64,000 nt of DNA from Octopus sinensis (Eukaryota): contig NC_043003.1 of NCBI RefSeq assembly GCF_006345805.1, positions 70,494,001 to 70,558,000 on the forward strand. Direction: 5' to 3'. The notes under the pieces are model-generated. The model ran no database searches and was not told where the DNA came from. It saw only the letters and a program-made list of their open reading frames with translations. This document shows, piece by piece, positions 49,030 to 62,689 of the stretch; the first letter of the stretch is position 1; each line of letters starts with the position of its first letter. Both the position numbers and the translations under genes were made by a program.

Positions 49030-49335
49030 AATTATTATTAAAATTATAATTTAGGGAATCTAAGAGATACCACCACGCTGGAAATAGCAGCCACAACTTG
49101 ACTCTAAAACCACATTAAATGTTCATACATCACCAAGAGAGAAGACAAAGAGACACAATAAACTAGCAAAAAATTACTGGATAATACCAGATCCCGGATA
49201 TCTAGTAATTATTTTGTCCTTTGTCTTCTCTCCTAGCGCTGTATGAACGTTTAATGTGATTTTAGAGTCAAGTTTTGGCTGCTATAACCAGCGTGGTGGT
49301 ATCTCTTAGATACCCTAAATAATGATTTTAATTAT
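49030..49335. repeat. Fold-back element
   Basis: CTAAGAGATACCACCACGCTGG paired with CCAGCGTGGTGGTATCTCTTAG. Confidence 0.9.
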
Positions 49336-49429
49336 GATATATATATATTTCAACATGTGATCTCTTGAGCACCACCAGCAAAAATATTTTTTCCTCTGTC
49401 TTCCCTTCTTGGGATCTTTCCTTCTCCTT

Positions 49430-49464
49430 GTTTCCGACGAAGAGCTCCGCTCGAAACGTTAAAC
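49430..49464 (+). ncRNA. Minimal HHR-like motif, U4-to-C variant, in a pyrimidine-rich short element (about 49350-49570)
   Basis: GTTT CCGACGA A GAGC-tcc-GCTC GAAA CGT T AAAC: all helices perfect. Confidence 0.6.
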
Positions 49465-49569
49465 CCTCCTTGCCTTCTTTCCTGAGCGTCAATAATACTT
49501 TAATTGTTCCACGTCCTCGCGTTGCTGTGTTTTTTCTCTTTTTTTCTGTGTTTTCTTGTTTGGATTAAC

Positions 49570-49624
<55 letters not shown>

Positions 49625-49638
49625 TATATATATATGTA

Positions 49639-49672
<34 letters not shown>

Positions 49673-50519
49673 TCATTTATATATTTATTTATATATGCAC
49701 ACACAGAGAAATTGACGTTCATTATGCATCTCAAGTACTATAGCAAAAGGAATGCCGCCGCGTCAGCGATATCATTGATGGACATAACTGGTGTCGCTAA
49801 AGTATCACCTGTTTCAAGTAATTACTCTCAGCCATATTACTGATATTCAAAATCAGCCCTACTATATACCCTTTATTTCTTTACACACACACATATGTCA
49901 GTACGTATATATACAATATCCAATGCTATACGATGCACAACTCTCTAGAATTATTGGAATGTTTCTACTTTATTAGGCGTTATCAGCACAGTGTTGTCTT
50001 ATCTTGATATATTGTCTTACCACCTGAGTATACGCTTTCTTGATGAGGTTTAGTAATAATAAAGCATCATTACTTGGCCTTAAAGACCAGATCAATTACA
50101 ATATTCAATGTCTATATATATACTGCCTATATATTTCGATAAATTGATCTTGCTGTAGTTATTTGCTTCGTTTTCTATATTTGATCTTAAACACTTAAAG
50201 AGGGATATTCTGTTTACTAATTGTGTGGATGATCTCACTTGATCGAAGGTTTCCAACTAATCGTATTATTTTTGAGAGACTCTAACATTCCCTTTTCTTA
50301 AGCTTTGTAATTATTTTCACCATCTCTGATCAAACATAATTGAGGCTATTAATACCGAGTAGAATGCATTCTTCGATCCATTTTCTAGCTTTGGTTTCAA
50401 TGTTAAAAATAAAATAAGTCATATAAGGTATATTCATTAAAACTGTAGTCAGATATCAGTCATGGAGCAAAATACAAATTAAAACACACGAATATTATAC
50501 TAGAATTCATGGATTCACA

Positions 50520-50820
50520 GGGTCTGATTAAATTCAGTTAGTAGAAATGAAGGTTGCTCAGAGCTGGCACCAAATATTCAGCGCTTTAAGACAGTCTTCA
50601 ATCGTGCGTCCCTTTCTTTTAGCTCTACAGTTCGTACTCGCCCTCTCAAGCCTACAATGACTACTTTCATCATCCAACCTTATAACGTATGCCCTCTTCT
50701 GGTTCTACAATTGCTCTATTTTCTTCCAAGCTATACACTGAGCGACTTATTCTCCCATTCTTAAAATGTGTTCCCTTTTCTAACTCTACAATGTGCGTTA
50801 TTTATCCAAGTCTTACATCC
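50520..50820 (+). mobile_element. Highly decayed L2/CR1-group 3' fragment
   Basis: GCSELAPNIQRFK.. resembles the G-CS-EL motif region of the 15420 fragment. Confidence 0.35.
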
Positions 50821-52232
50821 ATCTCATAGCATCCCAATGTGAACCTTTTTTCCAATTTTCGTTTTCTATAACTTACTCCACTTATAATCTCTTTTATTCC
50901 AACTGAAAAATGCCGTAGAAAAATTATAAAGACGAGAATGCGATCCTCAAGTAATTCTGTTCTTTGGCAAATTTCAAAATGTTTCATTTCAAATAACCAA
51001 ATGACCCTTCGGATTTCTGCCCTCCAAACACCTTTGCTCTGAAAGAGATCTTACCTACCCTTATTATTACTAAATTTCTTATTTCTTAGCTTAAGAAATA
51101 CATTGCTCAGAACGTGAATGGTGCCACCACCAAAGGGTGTCCTAACTAATTGTCTAGTTTGCTTTGTGCTTACCCCCGATCCGAGGCTACTGTTCTATCA
51201 TACGTAACACTTCCTAAAAAATATAGATCAAAGAATAAAAGAATATAAAAAATAGCTATTTGCAATATTAAACAATAATGGAAGAACCGATGTGTACAGA
51301 GGACAAAAAATATATCGAACAGCTTAATCACTCAGCCATTTCTTTGTTAGATCATAACAATAATCGATAAACCAACAATACAATATATTCCTGTATATTG
51401 ATCGATACGTTAATCTATATAAATCTATATTTTATATATTTGATCACATATGATCTAAAATGAAGAAAATTAGAAAAAAATACTTAAAGATGAAATCGAA
51501 AATAAGCAGTAACATCTTTAGAAATTAACTTAGTTATTTCATGATGCAGAAATGGTGATCGATAACGAAACTTCATGGTAAACTACAAGACGAGACGTAC
51601 TAGAACATGCAGACAAAGAAACTTCGTATTATGCCATTCAAAGAGCTTACCAATTCCAGTAATTGTCCGATAAGTAGTCAAATAAGTCTGTCATCAGACA
51701 AATTCTTAGAAAAAACTTTTTTGCCTGATGTAAATATGTGTGTTGTGTGTATTAAGATTTGCATGTGTGTATATATATATATAAGAATAAAAACGCACAA
51801 AATATATGTAAGTAGATATATAAACAAATAGGTAAGCCTACCCGTTGTACTTGCACATTATAACTACAACCATATATATCTATGTGCACACACATATACA
51901 CTCATACGTATATAGACTTACATGCATACATACAAACATACATACATACATTAGATAGGTAGATAGATTTACATTTATGTACATACATACGCGCATACAG
52001 ATAGAGAGAGAATGAGAGAAAGAAAGAGAAAGAGAGAGATTCAGCGCGTATATTGGGATACATACATACATACATACATACATTGTGAAAGAACTGAAAA
52101 AATATGTGAATTTGTGAAGTGTACATAAATAGAAAACTATTTTTAATTTTCAAGTAGAATTCTCTTAGCACTAGAAGATTCGTCTTCTGTAACTATCTTT
52201 GAATTTGAATTCTTTGCAAGCATATATATATG

Positions 52233-52286
<54 letters not shown>

Positions 52287-52378
52287 ATATATATATATAT
52301 GTATAAGTGTATGTGTATATATAATACATATGTATAATATATGTATATATACATATACGTATATATATATATATATAT

Positions 52379-52399
<21 letters not shown>

Positions 52400-52416
<17 letters not shown>

Positions 52417-52475
52417 GTATATATAATATATATGTGTATATATATGTATAAATACATATGCATATATATATAATA

Positions 52476-52528
<53 letters not shown>

Positions 52529-52609
52529 CATATATGTATATGTAAAGATATGCATATATTTATATATATATATATGAATGTATGTATGTATGTATGTATA
52601 TATATATAT

Positions 52610-52667
<58 letters not shown>

Positions 52668-52724
52668 GTATATATAATATATATGTGTATATATGTATAA
52701 ATACATATGCATATATATATAATA

Positions 52725-52789
<65 letters not shown>

Positions 52790-52853
52790 CATATATGTAT
52801 ATGTAAAGATATGCATATATTTATATATATATATATGAATGTATGTATGTATG

Positions 52854-52915
<62 letters not shown>
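52400..52915. repeat. Higher-order tandem duplication (about 250-bp unit) of a compound microsatellite
   Basis: AAATACATATGC..(CT)n..AACATATATGTATATGTAAAGATATGC..GAATGTATG occurs twice. Confidence 0.85.
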
Positions 52916-52916
<1 letters not shown>

Positions 52917-53313
52917 ACGATAGCTTCAAGTACGGTGTGTACAAGTGTGCGGTTCATAAATCAGATAAAATTAACAAGACTTTGAATTAAATTCTCGGCA
53001 CCTGAATATTTAGTTAATCAATATTTAGCAAGATCATAAAAGAAATTTTTTTAACTGAATATTCTTGTCTAATGAGATCGATATTAAGTAGTGACGCTCT
53101 CAAATACATACCTGCAATATAGCTGTGCATGCAATATGTAATATATATTATAAATATATATTTCTGTGTTTACGCGCGCGTGTGTGTGCGTGGGAGCGCG
53201 TAGGTACTTATACATATGCACATTTGGCAGTTAGCACACAAATAAAAACAACATATGCGGGACAAGGTTTAACTAATGTTGTGTTAGTTTAAAGCTTAAA
53301 AAGAATGGGAAGA

Positions 53314-53351
53314 GTATTGACGTTTCGGATGGCAGTCCTTCACCGGGAATT
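53314..53351 (-). ncRNA. Degenerate minimal HHR-like motif
   Basis: CCGGTGA A GGA-ctgcca-TCC GAAA CGT C. Confidence 0.4.
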
Positions 53352-53925
53352 AAAACAATGAGAAAATGTGGTGGGAGCAATGAGAAGAAAGAGAAAAGGT
53401 ATTGTAAAAGGGTTATTTATGCTCGACATAGAAGCTTAACCTAAATTTGATGTATTACCTTAAAAGTCTAAGCAAATATTAAAGCACCATATTATTTCAT
53501 TCGTACTCATTAAAATAAATGAGAGTGTCCTGATATATTTCACAGTTTATTAGCCATTCACCAATGGAAAAATTCCCTCTAATTCTTCTGCTCACGAAAA
53601 ATTAATATCGATTGCTATATAAATCAACTAGAAGTGAGAATCGGATCTATTTTCATACCATGCATTTGTCTGTATTGTAATCATGTAATAAATATTTATA
53701 CTCAATTCACCGGTATAAGAAACCTAAAATATATTTAAAGTAGTTAAGCTGTAGTTTTAAAGTCTTCGATGAGAACTTCGAATCAAATACGAAGACTTTT
53801 ATACGAAGACTCTTTGTTTTCATCATCGTAGAGAGGAAAAAAATAAAAATAAAATAATCATCTTTACGCATTCCAATGTTCACTTTCCATTTGCCACAGA
53901 AGTATCCGTTATCCTGTTGCCATAG

Positions 53926-53977
<52 letters not shown>

Positions 53978-54079
53978 CGTACGCACGGGCGCGAATGCAC
54001 ACAAACATAAACATATATATATGTACTATATATAGAAACGTACATCCATATTTTATATATATATATATATATATGTATA

Positions 54080-54710
54080 TGTTTCGACCAAAGATTGGTC
54101 CAGGCCATGTTTAATTTAAGAGCACCACCTGATAAGATTTGGTAAATCCCTTTTAAGTCAGGTTTTGTGATATCATGGTCCATTCAAGTAGGGAGCTCTT
54201 GTTGAGTGAGTTGTATCCAGGTATAGGTGACTTATCTGGTAATCCTTGAAAATATTTGTCCAGATTCCGTTTAAAGGTGATGGGATCCTTTTCCTCTTCG
54301 ATCTGTTATGGGACAATGTTAAATAGGGCAGGCCCTATTGAGGAAAAGAATTCTGTTGCAGTGTTTTTATATGTTGTGATCCTGAATTGGTTATGGGACG
54401 TATGGCCCATGGTGCTAGCCTTGGATGAATTCTGAAACTAATGTTGAGGTCGTTATATTCTCCACATCGTGCAAATGATGTATCGTTCACGGCGGTGCTG
54501 AAGATAATAGAGTTTCAATGCTTTAAGGTGGTCCGAATAATCGAGATCAGTCTTGCCATTAATTCTTTTAGTGAATGTCCTCTGGGATGATTCAATTTTC
54601 GAAATGTTTTGTATGGGGAGGCCAAACGGGGGCAGTAGTATTCGAGGTGTGGACGTACAAAAGAGAAGAAAAGAATGATAACACCTTGTTCTCTGAAGCG
54701 ACAGGTTCTT
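54080..54710 (-). mobile_element. CR1-group LINE 3' fragment
   Basis: FVRPHLEY..KIESSQRTFTKRI..LDYSDHLKALKLYYLQHRRERYII..GPALFNIVP..FKRNLDKY. Confidence 0.85.
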
Positions 54711-54924
54711 ATGATCTAGGAGCTCATCCTACGAGCTATAAACAGTATATATATAATAAATATAAATATATATACATTGTCAATATGTGTATATATGTAT
54801 ATACACAAATCAGACAAACATGTGCGAGTGTATGTGCGTGTGTGTATGTGTGCATGGTTACTAAACAATTGCAAACTTCAAACGATATTCCTTAATTCAT
54901 CTAATGGAGTATGTTGTATATATG

Positions 54925-54970
<46 letters not shown>

Positions 54971-55042
54971 GGTCCCGGGTTGAGTCGGGGTTAACCACAG
55001 TAAATAAGGTACTCAATACATAGCAGAGTAAATTAATTTATT

Positions 55043-55133
55043 TTGTAGAAGGAGCTTCTACAGAACTAGGACTGCTTCCTGATGATTTCTTTTGAATGAA
55101 ACAGTCCTAGTTCTGTAGAAGCTCCTTCTACAA
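55043..55133. repeat. Perfect 32-bp inverted repeat whose loop holds an HHR core
   Basis: 55043-55074 is the exact reverse complement of 55102-55133; loop CTGATGA T TTC-tttt-GAA T GAAA then CAGTC. Confidence 0.85.
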
Positions 55134-56799
55134 TATATATATATATATATATATAATATATATATATATATATTATATATATATATACATATATGCGTAT
55201 TGCCTTATTTATAATGTATGTATGTGTGTGCGTACATGTGTGTGCGTACATGTGTGCGTATGAATGTGTGTATGCGTGTGTGTAAACATGAAACTTGTGG
55301 CTCACGGACGGCAATGAAAGGTTTTGGTGAGATCCGACGGGTGAAAAACAAACTGCAATTTCGAAGTTTGAACTCACGGAGCGGGTGGAGACACAAAGGA
55401 GATTCTGCTTTAATTTAAAGTGATAATAACTATTGCCACACCGAAAAGCAACTTGGAACCAATTCTCAATGTCTTAATTAACACCTTAAATATTCATTGA
55501 ACTAAATAGTCAAGAGCGATTAAAGAAAATAACGAGTGCAAATGTCATCGAACCAGACAAAATTTTGTCAGACGATGCCAAAGTTTTTTCATGGCGAACT
55601 TCTTTTCATAATTATGAAATTCATAATCACTGACGATGATCCGTCAGTTAAATTGGGAATGGCTGTAATATTAGCAACATTAGCGATACTAAAAGCATGA
55701 AATACCAGTTTTCAGAAAAGTAAATATTTTGAACACTTATTTACGCCGACGCAAAACTCTATTACGGAATGATTGTCATAAGGCTAAAATACAAAATCAT
55801 TTGAATTAGCTCTCTATTTCTGTCTGGCTTCAGGCCAAACATAGAAATACTACTGAACAAATACTGTCATGCAAAGTTACAAATATTTTTTGACCATTCA
55901 TAATTAGCTCATTATATTATTTAACTATCATTAAGGATATAAATTGACGTCCGTTGTTCAGGTGGGCGCAATCATCTTCTTACTTTTGAAGATTTGCCTA
56001 AAGCAAATAAGACAGTAATTTAAGATATTTTTACTTTCTATGGAGTGCAACAGATAACATCAGTGAATATTATAATGCTCTTTTTATATAATTAGCATTG
56101 CAGATTTTCGTATTCTCAGAAATTTCAGAGTACAGAAATTTCAACTTCAAGGAGGCACAGTTGTATTTTATCTTTTCATGAATGTTATGAATTGTGGAAT
56201 GCGTATACGTGCAAGATGAAAAAGTAAAACTGTCAATAGAAAGCTTTCCAACCGATTGATACCCTGACGCAAAACCTCCTCTGTTAACTTTTGCTAATGA
56301 TACAGAAATTTCAAGTGGTAACTCCTTGGAAGCTCAATGACTAGTAACAAATTTTAAAACCGCATCTTTAAATATGGGCCTAAAATCCATAATATTTGCT
56401 GATAACTGGAACTTCACAATAATATAGATCATCTCAGAGCTCAAATATTTTTATTTTCATGGATTAATTTTACCTTTGATATGAAATGGTATGGGTAACA
56501 TTACAGAAATTTTACTTTGCTTGGAACTGATTAGTCAGAGACACAATTTATAGGATACGTCTTATTACATGTATTGCAATGACTGTTTTACAATAGTGGA
56601 ATCTGAACTGAATACTGTAATACTGACAGGAGATAAACGATACTTAGAACTTTCTTTCTACAAAGAACAAATAACCATATACTATTTATTGATAGCATTT
56701 TCCCGCAAAGAGATTAGTGCGCTTGGCCATGCTCTGAGAAGTTCAAATACAAAATTGGCTACTCTTTTAGATTGTGAAGGCGCACGACCGAGCTATTAA

Positions 56800-56990
56800 T
56801 GATGTTGCTCGCATGATGGCGGTTTCGATTATTGGACCAGTCAGTATGTTTTGTTCTCGAGCAAAAAACTTCATTTCACGTTACTCCAGTCCACTCAGTT
56901 GTAAATGAGTAACACTACAATAAACTAGCGTCCAATCCAGGGGGATGTTGTGATATCGGTCGCTTATACACCACAAAAAAGAGTAACACC
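56800..56990 (+). mobile_element. SINE with a C-type central block
   Basis: GGTTTCGATT..CTCGAGCAAAAAACTTCATTTCACGTTACTCCAGTCCACTCAG. Confidence 0.65.
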
Positions 56991-57499
56991 AGCCCTATAA
57001 TTCTAGTACTCGAGAGGGTAGAGTCCAGGGAGTTGATGATGATGACGACGACGACGACGACGACGAGGATGATGATGATGAGGTTGATGATGATGCGGAG
57101 GAGGAGGGGTATGATGACTCTTTTAAGTTACAAAATTCAAACGACAGATCTTTATTGCATCGGAGAAAATTTACAAAACTAGAAGATACGAAAATAAGCA
57201 TCTCAAAACATCTACTTAGTGGAAACCTAATAGCGAAGCATGTTTAATGCAGTTAATCGTTAGATTTTAATTAAAATTTCATCTTTTGTCAGAAGAATAA
57301 TTTTCTAAATTTCCAATTCTGTTCAGGAAGGGCAGCAGGTGACTCGTAAGAAAATTCAATTATTTAATATTAATTGAATATGGAACACACAGGACGGCGC
57401 TTAAATGAATAAGAAATCGTGGTTGCCCCTTTCAACGCAGAAGTATTAGTCATTTAGCAAATTATTGTTTTCATTACCACTTAATTAATTAAAATTGCT

Positions 57500-57835
57500 G
57501 TGTGGTTCCCTTTGCAAATACAAGGTTTTGGGTTCAATCCAACTACGCAGCGCAGCGGCCGCGTATCTTCTACTTTAGCTTTGAGCCGACCAATGCTTTG
57601 TGGGGGGAATATGTGAGATGAAACTGTGTGGACACCCGTCGTGTATATATACATATATATGTGTGTGTGTTTGTGTGTGTGTATGTATGGGTGTGTATGG
57701 GGGGTGGGGCGTAATTGTGTGTGTCGTTGTGTCTACGTTTATCTCCAAATAAGGTTTAACAACCAGTCTTATTTACGGCCCCATAAACTGGCGGTTCGGC
57801 AATAGAAGACCGACAGAATATATAACATACTTAAA
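57500..57835 (+). mobile_element. SINE family B, degenerate
   Basis: GGGTTCAATCC, TTGAGCCGACCAATGC, GGCGGTTCGGCAA. Confidence 0.65.
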
Positions 57836-58016
57836 AGGAACATAAGTACTCGAAAACCCATCATGCTTGCAACTGACATAAATACAAGAAGATAGCTGGC
57901 TCACGTTACCTATCACATAGTTTACCGCTTTGCTTTTACACACTAGGTGTCACTGAATACTTGATCGCGGTCATTTAAAAAAAAATGTCTTTCGTTTTGC
58001 CTTCAGACATTCTTTA

Positions 58017-58263
58017 TATCGGGTTGGTGCATAATTATTGCGGCTTTTTGTCAACAAATTTTATTCAACAAAAACATCTTTAAATGATTATTCCGGAACA
58101 TATTCACCATCTACTTCAATTATTGCTTCCCATTTGCTTCGGACCTATATTTAAAGATGCAAACTGTCATTTAAAGATGCTATTGTTAAATATTGTTACT
58201 GTTTTGTTGAATATTGTTTTTGTTGGAAAAAAAAAAAGCCGCAGTAATTATGCACCAACATAC
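58017..58263. mobile_element. mariner MITE (Hsmar1/cecropia-like TIR)
   Basis: GTTGGTGCATAATTATTGCGGCTTTTT paired with AAAAAGCCGCAGTAATTATGCACCAAC. Confidence 0.85.
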
Positions 58264-58479
58264 TACTTCTGTAAGCGTATGCGACATTCTGGCAGAGCCG
58301 TTTAGGTGCCATTTATTTTGCATCGCTGATTCGACGTTGACTTATTTGACACTAAGCGTTGCAAATTTTGACTCGTTCTCTCTTTCTCCCTTTCTTTCGA
58401 TTGATGTGTATGAACATATCTTTATGTGTAGGAGGAGGGGGAGGCACCAGTGTCAATTGGGCTCTATAAATAAATTGTA

Positions 58480-59279
58480 ATGATGAACTAGTTGGATGTA
58501 ATAATAGATTTTAAAAAGTCAGCGACCTGGTCACGAATAAAGATCAAAGCCGAAAGTAAATTTGCCATTACAGATTACATATCTTTTGCGTTGTGCAGCG
58601 GCCCTTTCATCTTGAAGAAAAGATGGAAGTCCGTATGTGCTAAATCTGGCGAATGGGCGCATGCGGACGCGCTACGATGTTGATTTGGTCGGAAAACCCA
58701 CGAGTGATGTTAGCTCGGTGACAAGGACCATTGTCGTCGTAAAGAATCCAGTTATTCGCGCTCCACAGATCCTGTCGCTTTCCCCGAATCTCCATTCTCA
58801 AATGCTTCAAAACGTTGCAATGGAACTCTCGAATGACGGACGGGTACTGAGGTGAGATGCACAATACCACATTTCCGGGGGTGACGTTCCTGGCCGGTCT
58901 CTAAATTGCTCATCATCTTCCAGGGACGTTCTTCTGCTTTTTGAAGTGTCCGTGCCACTCGAAGCATTGCGTACGACCCAATGCCTCGTCATCGTAAGGC
59001 TGCCAAAGTATGCTCAATGTCTTTGTTGCACAGTTCGCAGGTTTAATTCAAAATTTCACGTTGACAATTTGTTCCTATCCATTTCAAAATTGCAGACTAC
59101 ACCAGACACACGTGATCAGAGAAACACAAATTTCACAACTTGCGAAGAAAACACAGCGTTATCACTCGGTACACTGCTTCATGAAGTCAATGTTAGCTTT
59201 CACTGCGTACGCAAACTTGTGGTGCCATCTGTTGGCATGCTACGGAACTAGTTCGCAAAATTTTTGCTACCATCTAGTA
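58480..59279 (-). mobile_element. Internally deleted mariner transposon relic
   Basis: N-terminal RTSLEDDE..RPG; catalytic WIL.DDN.PCH..HAP(Y)SPDLA..DFHLFFKMK with a frameshift; TIR-like end at 59240-59279; left boundary uncertain. Confidence 0.8.
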
Positions 59280-59415
59280 TATTTACGTATACATATATAC
59301 ATACATACATACGTACATACATACATACATACATACATACACATATATATATATATAAATACACACATATCAAACACAAAAATACATTCAAATGCACTCA
59401 CATACACACACACAT

Positions 59416-59499
<84 letters not shown>

Positions 59500-59686
59500 C
59501 ATATATACATCCATGTATGTATTTACCTATGCGTATGCTTATGTAATTATGTACTGATGTATATATTAATGTATATATATATATATATGTGTATGTATAT
59601 GTACGTATATGTATATATATGTATATATATATACACACACAGATGCATACATACACAAATGCATACATACACAAATGCATCGCATT

Positions 59687-59733
<47 letters not shown>

Positions 59734-60319
59734 CATACACTCGCTTGTGTGTGTGTGTATGTGTGTGTGTGTGTGTGTTGTGAATGCAAGCAATGTTGTA
59801 TTGTTTCCCGAGGATAAATAATTAATGAAAATATTTAAATTAGGTTGAACGGGAAACTTGTAGAAGCGTGCAGAAAATGCCATTGCATACAGATAATATT
59901 CAAATGTCTTTCTCAAGGGAGCTAACCAAGAAATTATCATTTCTGAACAATACTCGAAGTTACTTTGTTGCAGTTTCACTTACGCAATGTTATTATATTT
60001 TCAATTCCTTGACATCTTGCAGAAACAAAACTATGTTTGGTATGCCATTTTTTTCGGTATAAAAACAAAATATATTCTTACATGTCATTGGTGCTATTAT
60101 TGTTGGCTTTTTTTTTGCCTCAGACAACTGAAAAAATAACTGTTAAAATGACTTTGCTTATCATTGATTTTGGTTCTATGCATTGAAATGTCGACCGCTA
60201 ATTGAATAAACAAGATCTCTCTATAATAGAATTGGATATTCTTAATGAGTTTAGTTCTCAGCCATTCTTAAGGTTCATACTTGATACAGTTCCTTATGTA
60301 TATGCCGTTATGTATCTGA

Positions 60320-60610
60320 AGTCGCATGGTCTAGTCGATAAAGTGTTGCACCGATGATCGCGGGACCGTGATTTCAATCCCTGGATGGGGTGGTGCATTT
60401 TGGTCTTAAGCAAAACACTTCATTTCACGCTTCTCTTCCACACCTGACGTGTGGTACACCATGCACCTGTACAGAAAAACGTCAATCTGAAGGAGGGAGG
60501 GGGCTGGCGTACAACAACAACATTTGGTCACTATAAACAAATTATATATGCTGGTCATTCCGCAAGAAATTACAGAACCGTCTCTCTCAGAGTGGGAGAG
60601 ATTACCATGG
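60320..60610 (+). mobile_element. SINE with a C-type head and another tail
   Basis: CATGGTCTAGTCG..GATTTCAATCCC..TCTTAAGCAAAACACTTCATTTCACG. Confidence 0.6.
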
Positions 60611-60734
60611 GTGTTTATGGACTATGTATTCGTTTCCTTCCTCCTTTTCTCTTGATTTTCCTTTCTCCTCCTTTTCCCAATATCTCCTTTCCCCACCACC
60701 ACCAAACCCTACAACAAGAATATTATTTATATAT

Positions 60735-60885
60735 ATATATACGACAGCCGTCATTCAGTTTCCGTTTACCAAATCCACTCACAAGGATTTGGTCAGCTCG
60801 AGGCTATAGCAGAAGACACTTGGCCAAGGTGCCACGCAGTGGGACTGAACCCGGAACCATGTGGTTGAGAAGCAAGCTTCTTTTA
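60735..60885 (-). mobile_element. SINE family B, head and central block
   Basis: CAAGGTGCCACGCAGTGGGACTGAACCCGGAACC. Confidence 0.8.
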
Positions 60886-61454
60886 TTCATTTAATTGGCC
60901 ACAAGGGCCTTACAGAGAAAGGAAGCTGTGGGCTGGACACACACATAATGATATGAAGGACAAATGAAATGGTGAAAAATGAGGGCAACAAGCAACGCCC
61001 GCCGATTGCTGTTTACCCTGAGCTAACTAGTGCCTTCTCGGTGAATTTGGTATGCGGAAACTATGTTCAACTCCATCGTATATATAGATACATACATATA
61101 TCTGTATGTGCCTTTATATTTGCGTTTGTACCAACAAAACGCTTGGATTGTTTACGTCAAGGTGACTTGGCGGTTCGACCAGATTAAGTCAGATAAAATA
61201 AGTACCAGATTTGATACACATACATATTGGGGTCGATTTGTTCAACTAAACACTTCGTGATGTTTCAGCATGGCCGCAGTCCGATATATATATTGAAAAG
61301 TTTGCAAGGCGCAACGAAAATTTTAGAAAAATAAATAAGTAAATGAGTGGAAATTTTACCGGTGATTGTGTTAAATTATAAGGCACTAAAAGAGAATCAC
61401 TTTCCCCAGATACAACAGAATATGGTTCAACGCACAAACGCACATAATGAATCT

Positions 61455-61610
61455 TTATATTATTTACATTTGATGGATATTTGTCCTCATCTTGTTTGTT
61501 AACACAACATTTCGGATGATATACCCTCCAGCCTTCATCTTGGGGTAATTTCGAACCTGAGTTCTCATTCCTAATGTATTTTATCGATGTTATTATTATT
61601 ATTATTATGG
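61455..61610 (-). mobile_element. Partial second copy of the tRNA/HHR element
   Basis: Reverse complement GATGAAGGCTGGAGGGTATATCATCCGAAATGTTGTGTTAAC..GATGAGGACAAATATCC matches 10311-10375. Confidence 0.85.
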
Positions 61611-61614
61611 CATA

Positions 61615-61643
61615 TAGATAGACAGACAGACAAACAGACAGAC

Positions 61644-61728
<85 letters not shown>

Positions 61729-61750
61729 CAGTTAGATAGATGGACAGATA
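61615..61750. repeat. (GACA)n(GATA)n(GA)n
   Basis: Directly visible. Confidence 0.95.
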
Positions 61751-62689
61751 GCCCAGTGCCCTTGCATTGTTGTTATAGCATTAATGCATATTTCTATCAA
61801 GTAAGACTTAAGAAAGTATGATTAAACGTACAAAAGACAGATTGTAACGCTACTTGTTACAGAGTATGAAAGGCTAGTGTTACTATCGTTCGTCTGTAGT
61901 GTTACTATCGTTTGTAGTGTTACTAATACAGTCTTAGCACTGAACTCAGCGACAATCGTCGTTTTGATTAGTATTCTTCCTGTGAATATTCTTTAAGACA
62001 TACAATTTCTTATGTTCTTTTATATTCATCGAACTTCGACCTTTTTATTATCTATTTTCTCTCCATCACGTTGCTGTTGTCACGGAGAAACAATCGTCTG
62101 TAATAACTTCATATTATTACGTATCTTTTCTTTTATTGATTTTCTCAGACAACTATGCGATTGCGTTACGGTGTTCCACAAGAATTGACGAGAATGCAAA
62201 TATGGAAACCTAATCAAATGAAAGTCAGTTTTATTAATCTGAACATAGTAAGGCAGTGACCTGGCAGAATCGTTTGTACATCGGACAACCTGCTTAATGA
62301 CATTTCTTCCGCTCGGATCTTTATGTTCTGGGCTCAGATCCATGCCATTATTTCTCTACGACTACAGCAATGTGACGGGGAAAAAATCGGTGTAATCAAC
62401 TCTCTCTCTCTCTCTCTCTGCCTCACATTATTATCTTGAACCAAAATTTAAAGCCATGTTTTTGAGCCTAATTTTTTTTTTGGCTTAGTTGGCAGCAGCA
62501 GAAGGGCACCAGATTAGAGTCAACGCACAAATTATTTGTCTTTTCATTTTCTCAGTTATTATGATGCGGGAGCGATTTTGGTTTTCATCTTTCTGTGTGT
62601 TGATAAAATAAATATGTGATGAAGACGATGACAATAGTGTCTCCTCTTCTTAACAAATTTGAATTCTTACAATAATAATACCTATTAGT

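Noticed and set aside
55430-56560. Unique-looking region as possible exons
   Set aside because: Only short open frames, with no convincing splice pair or protein motif
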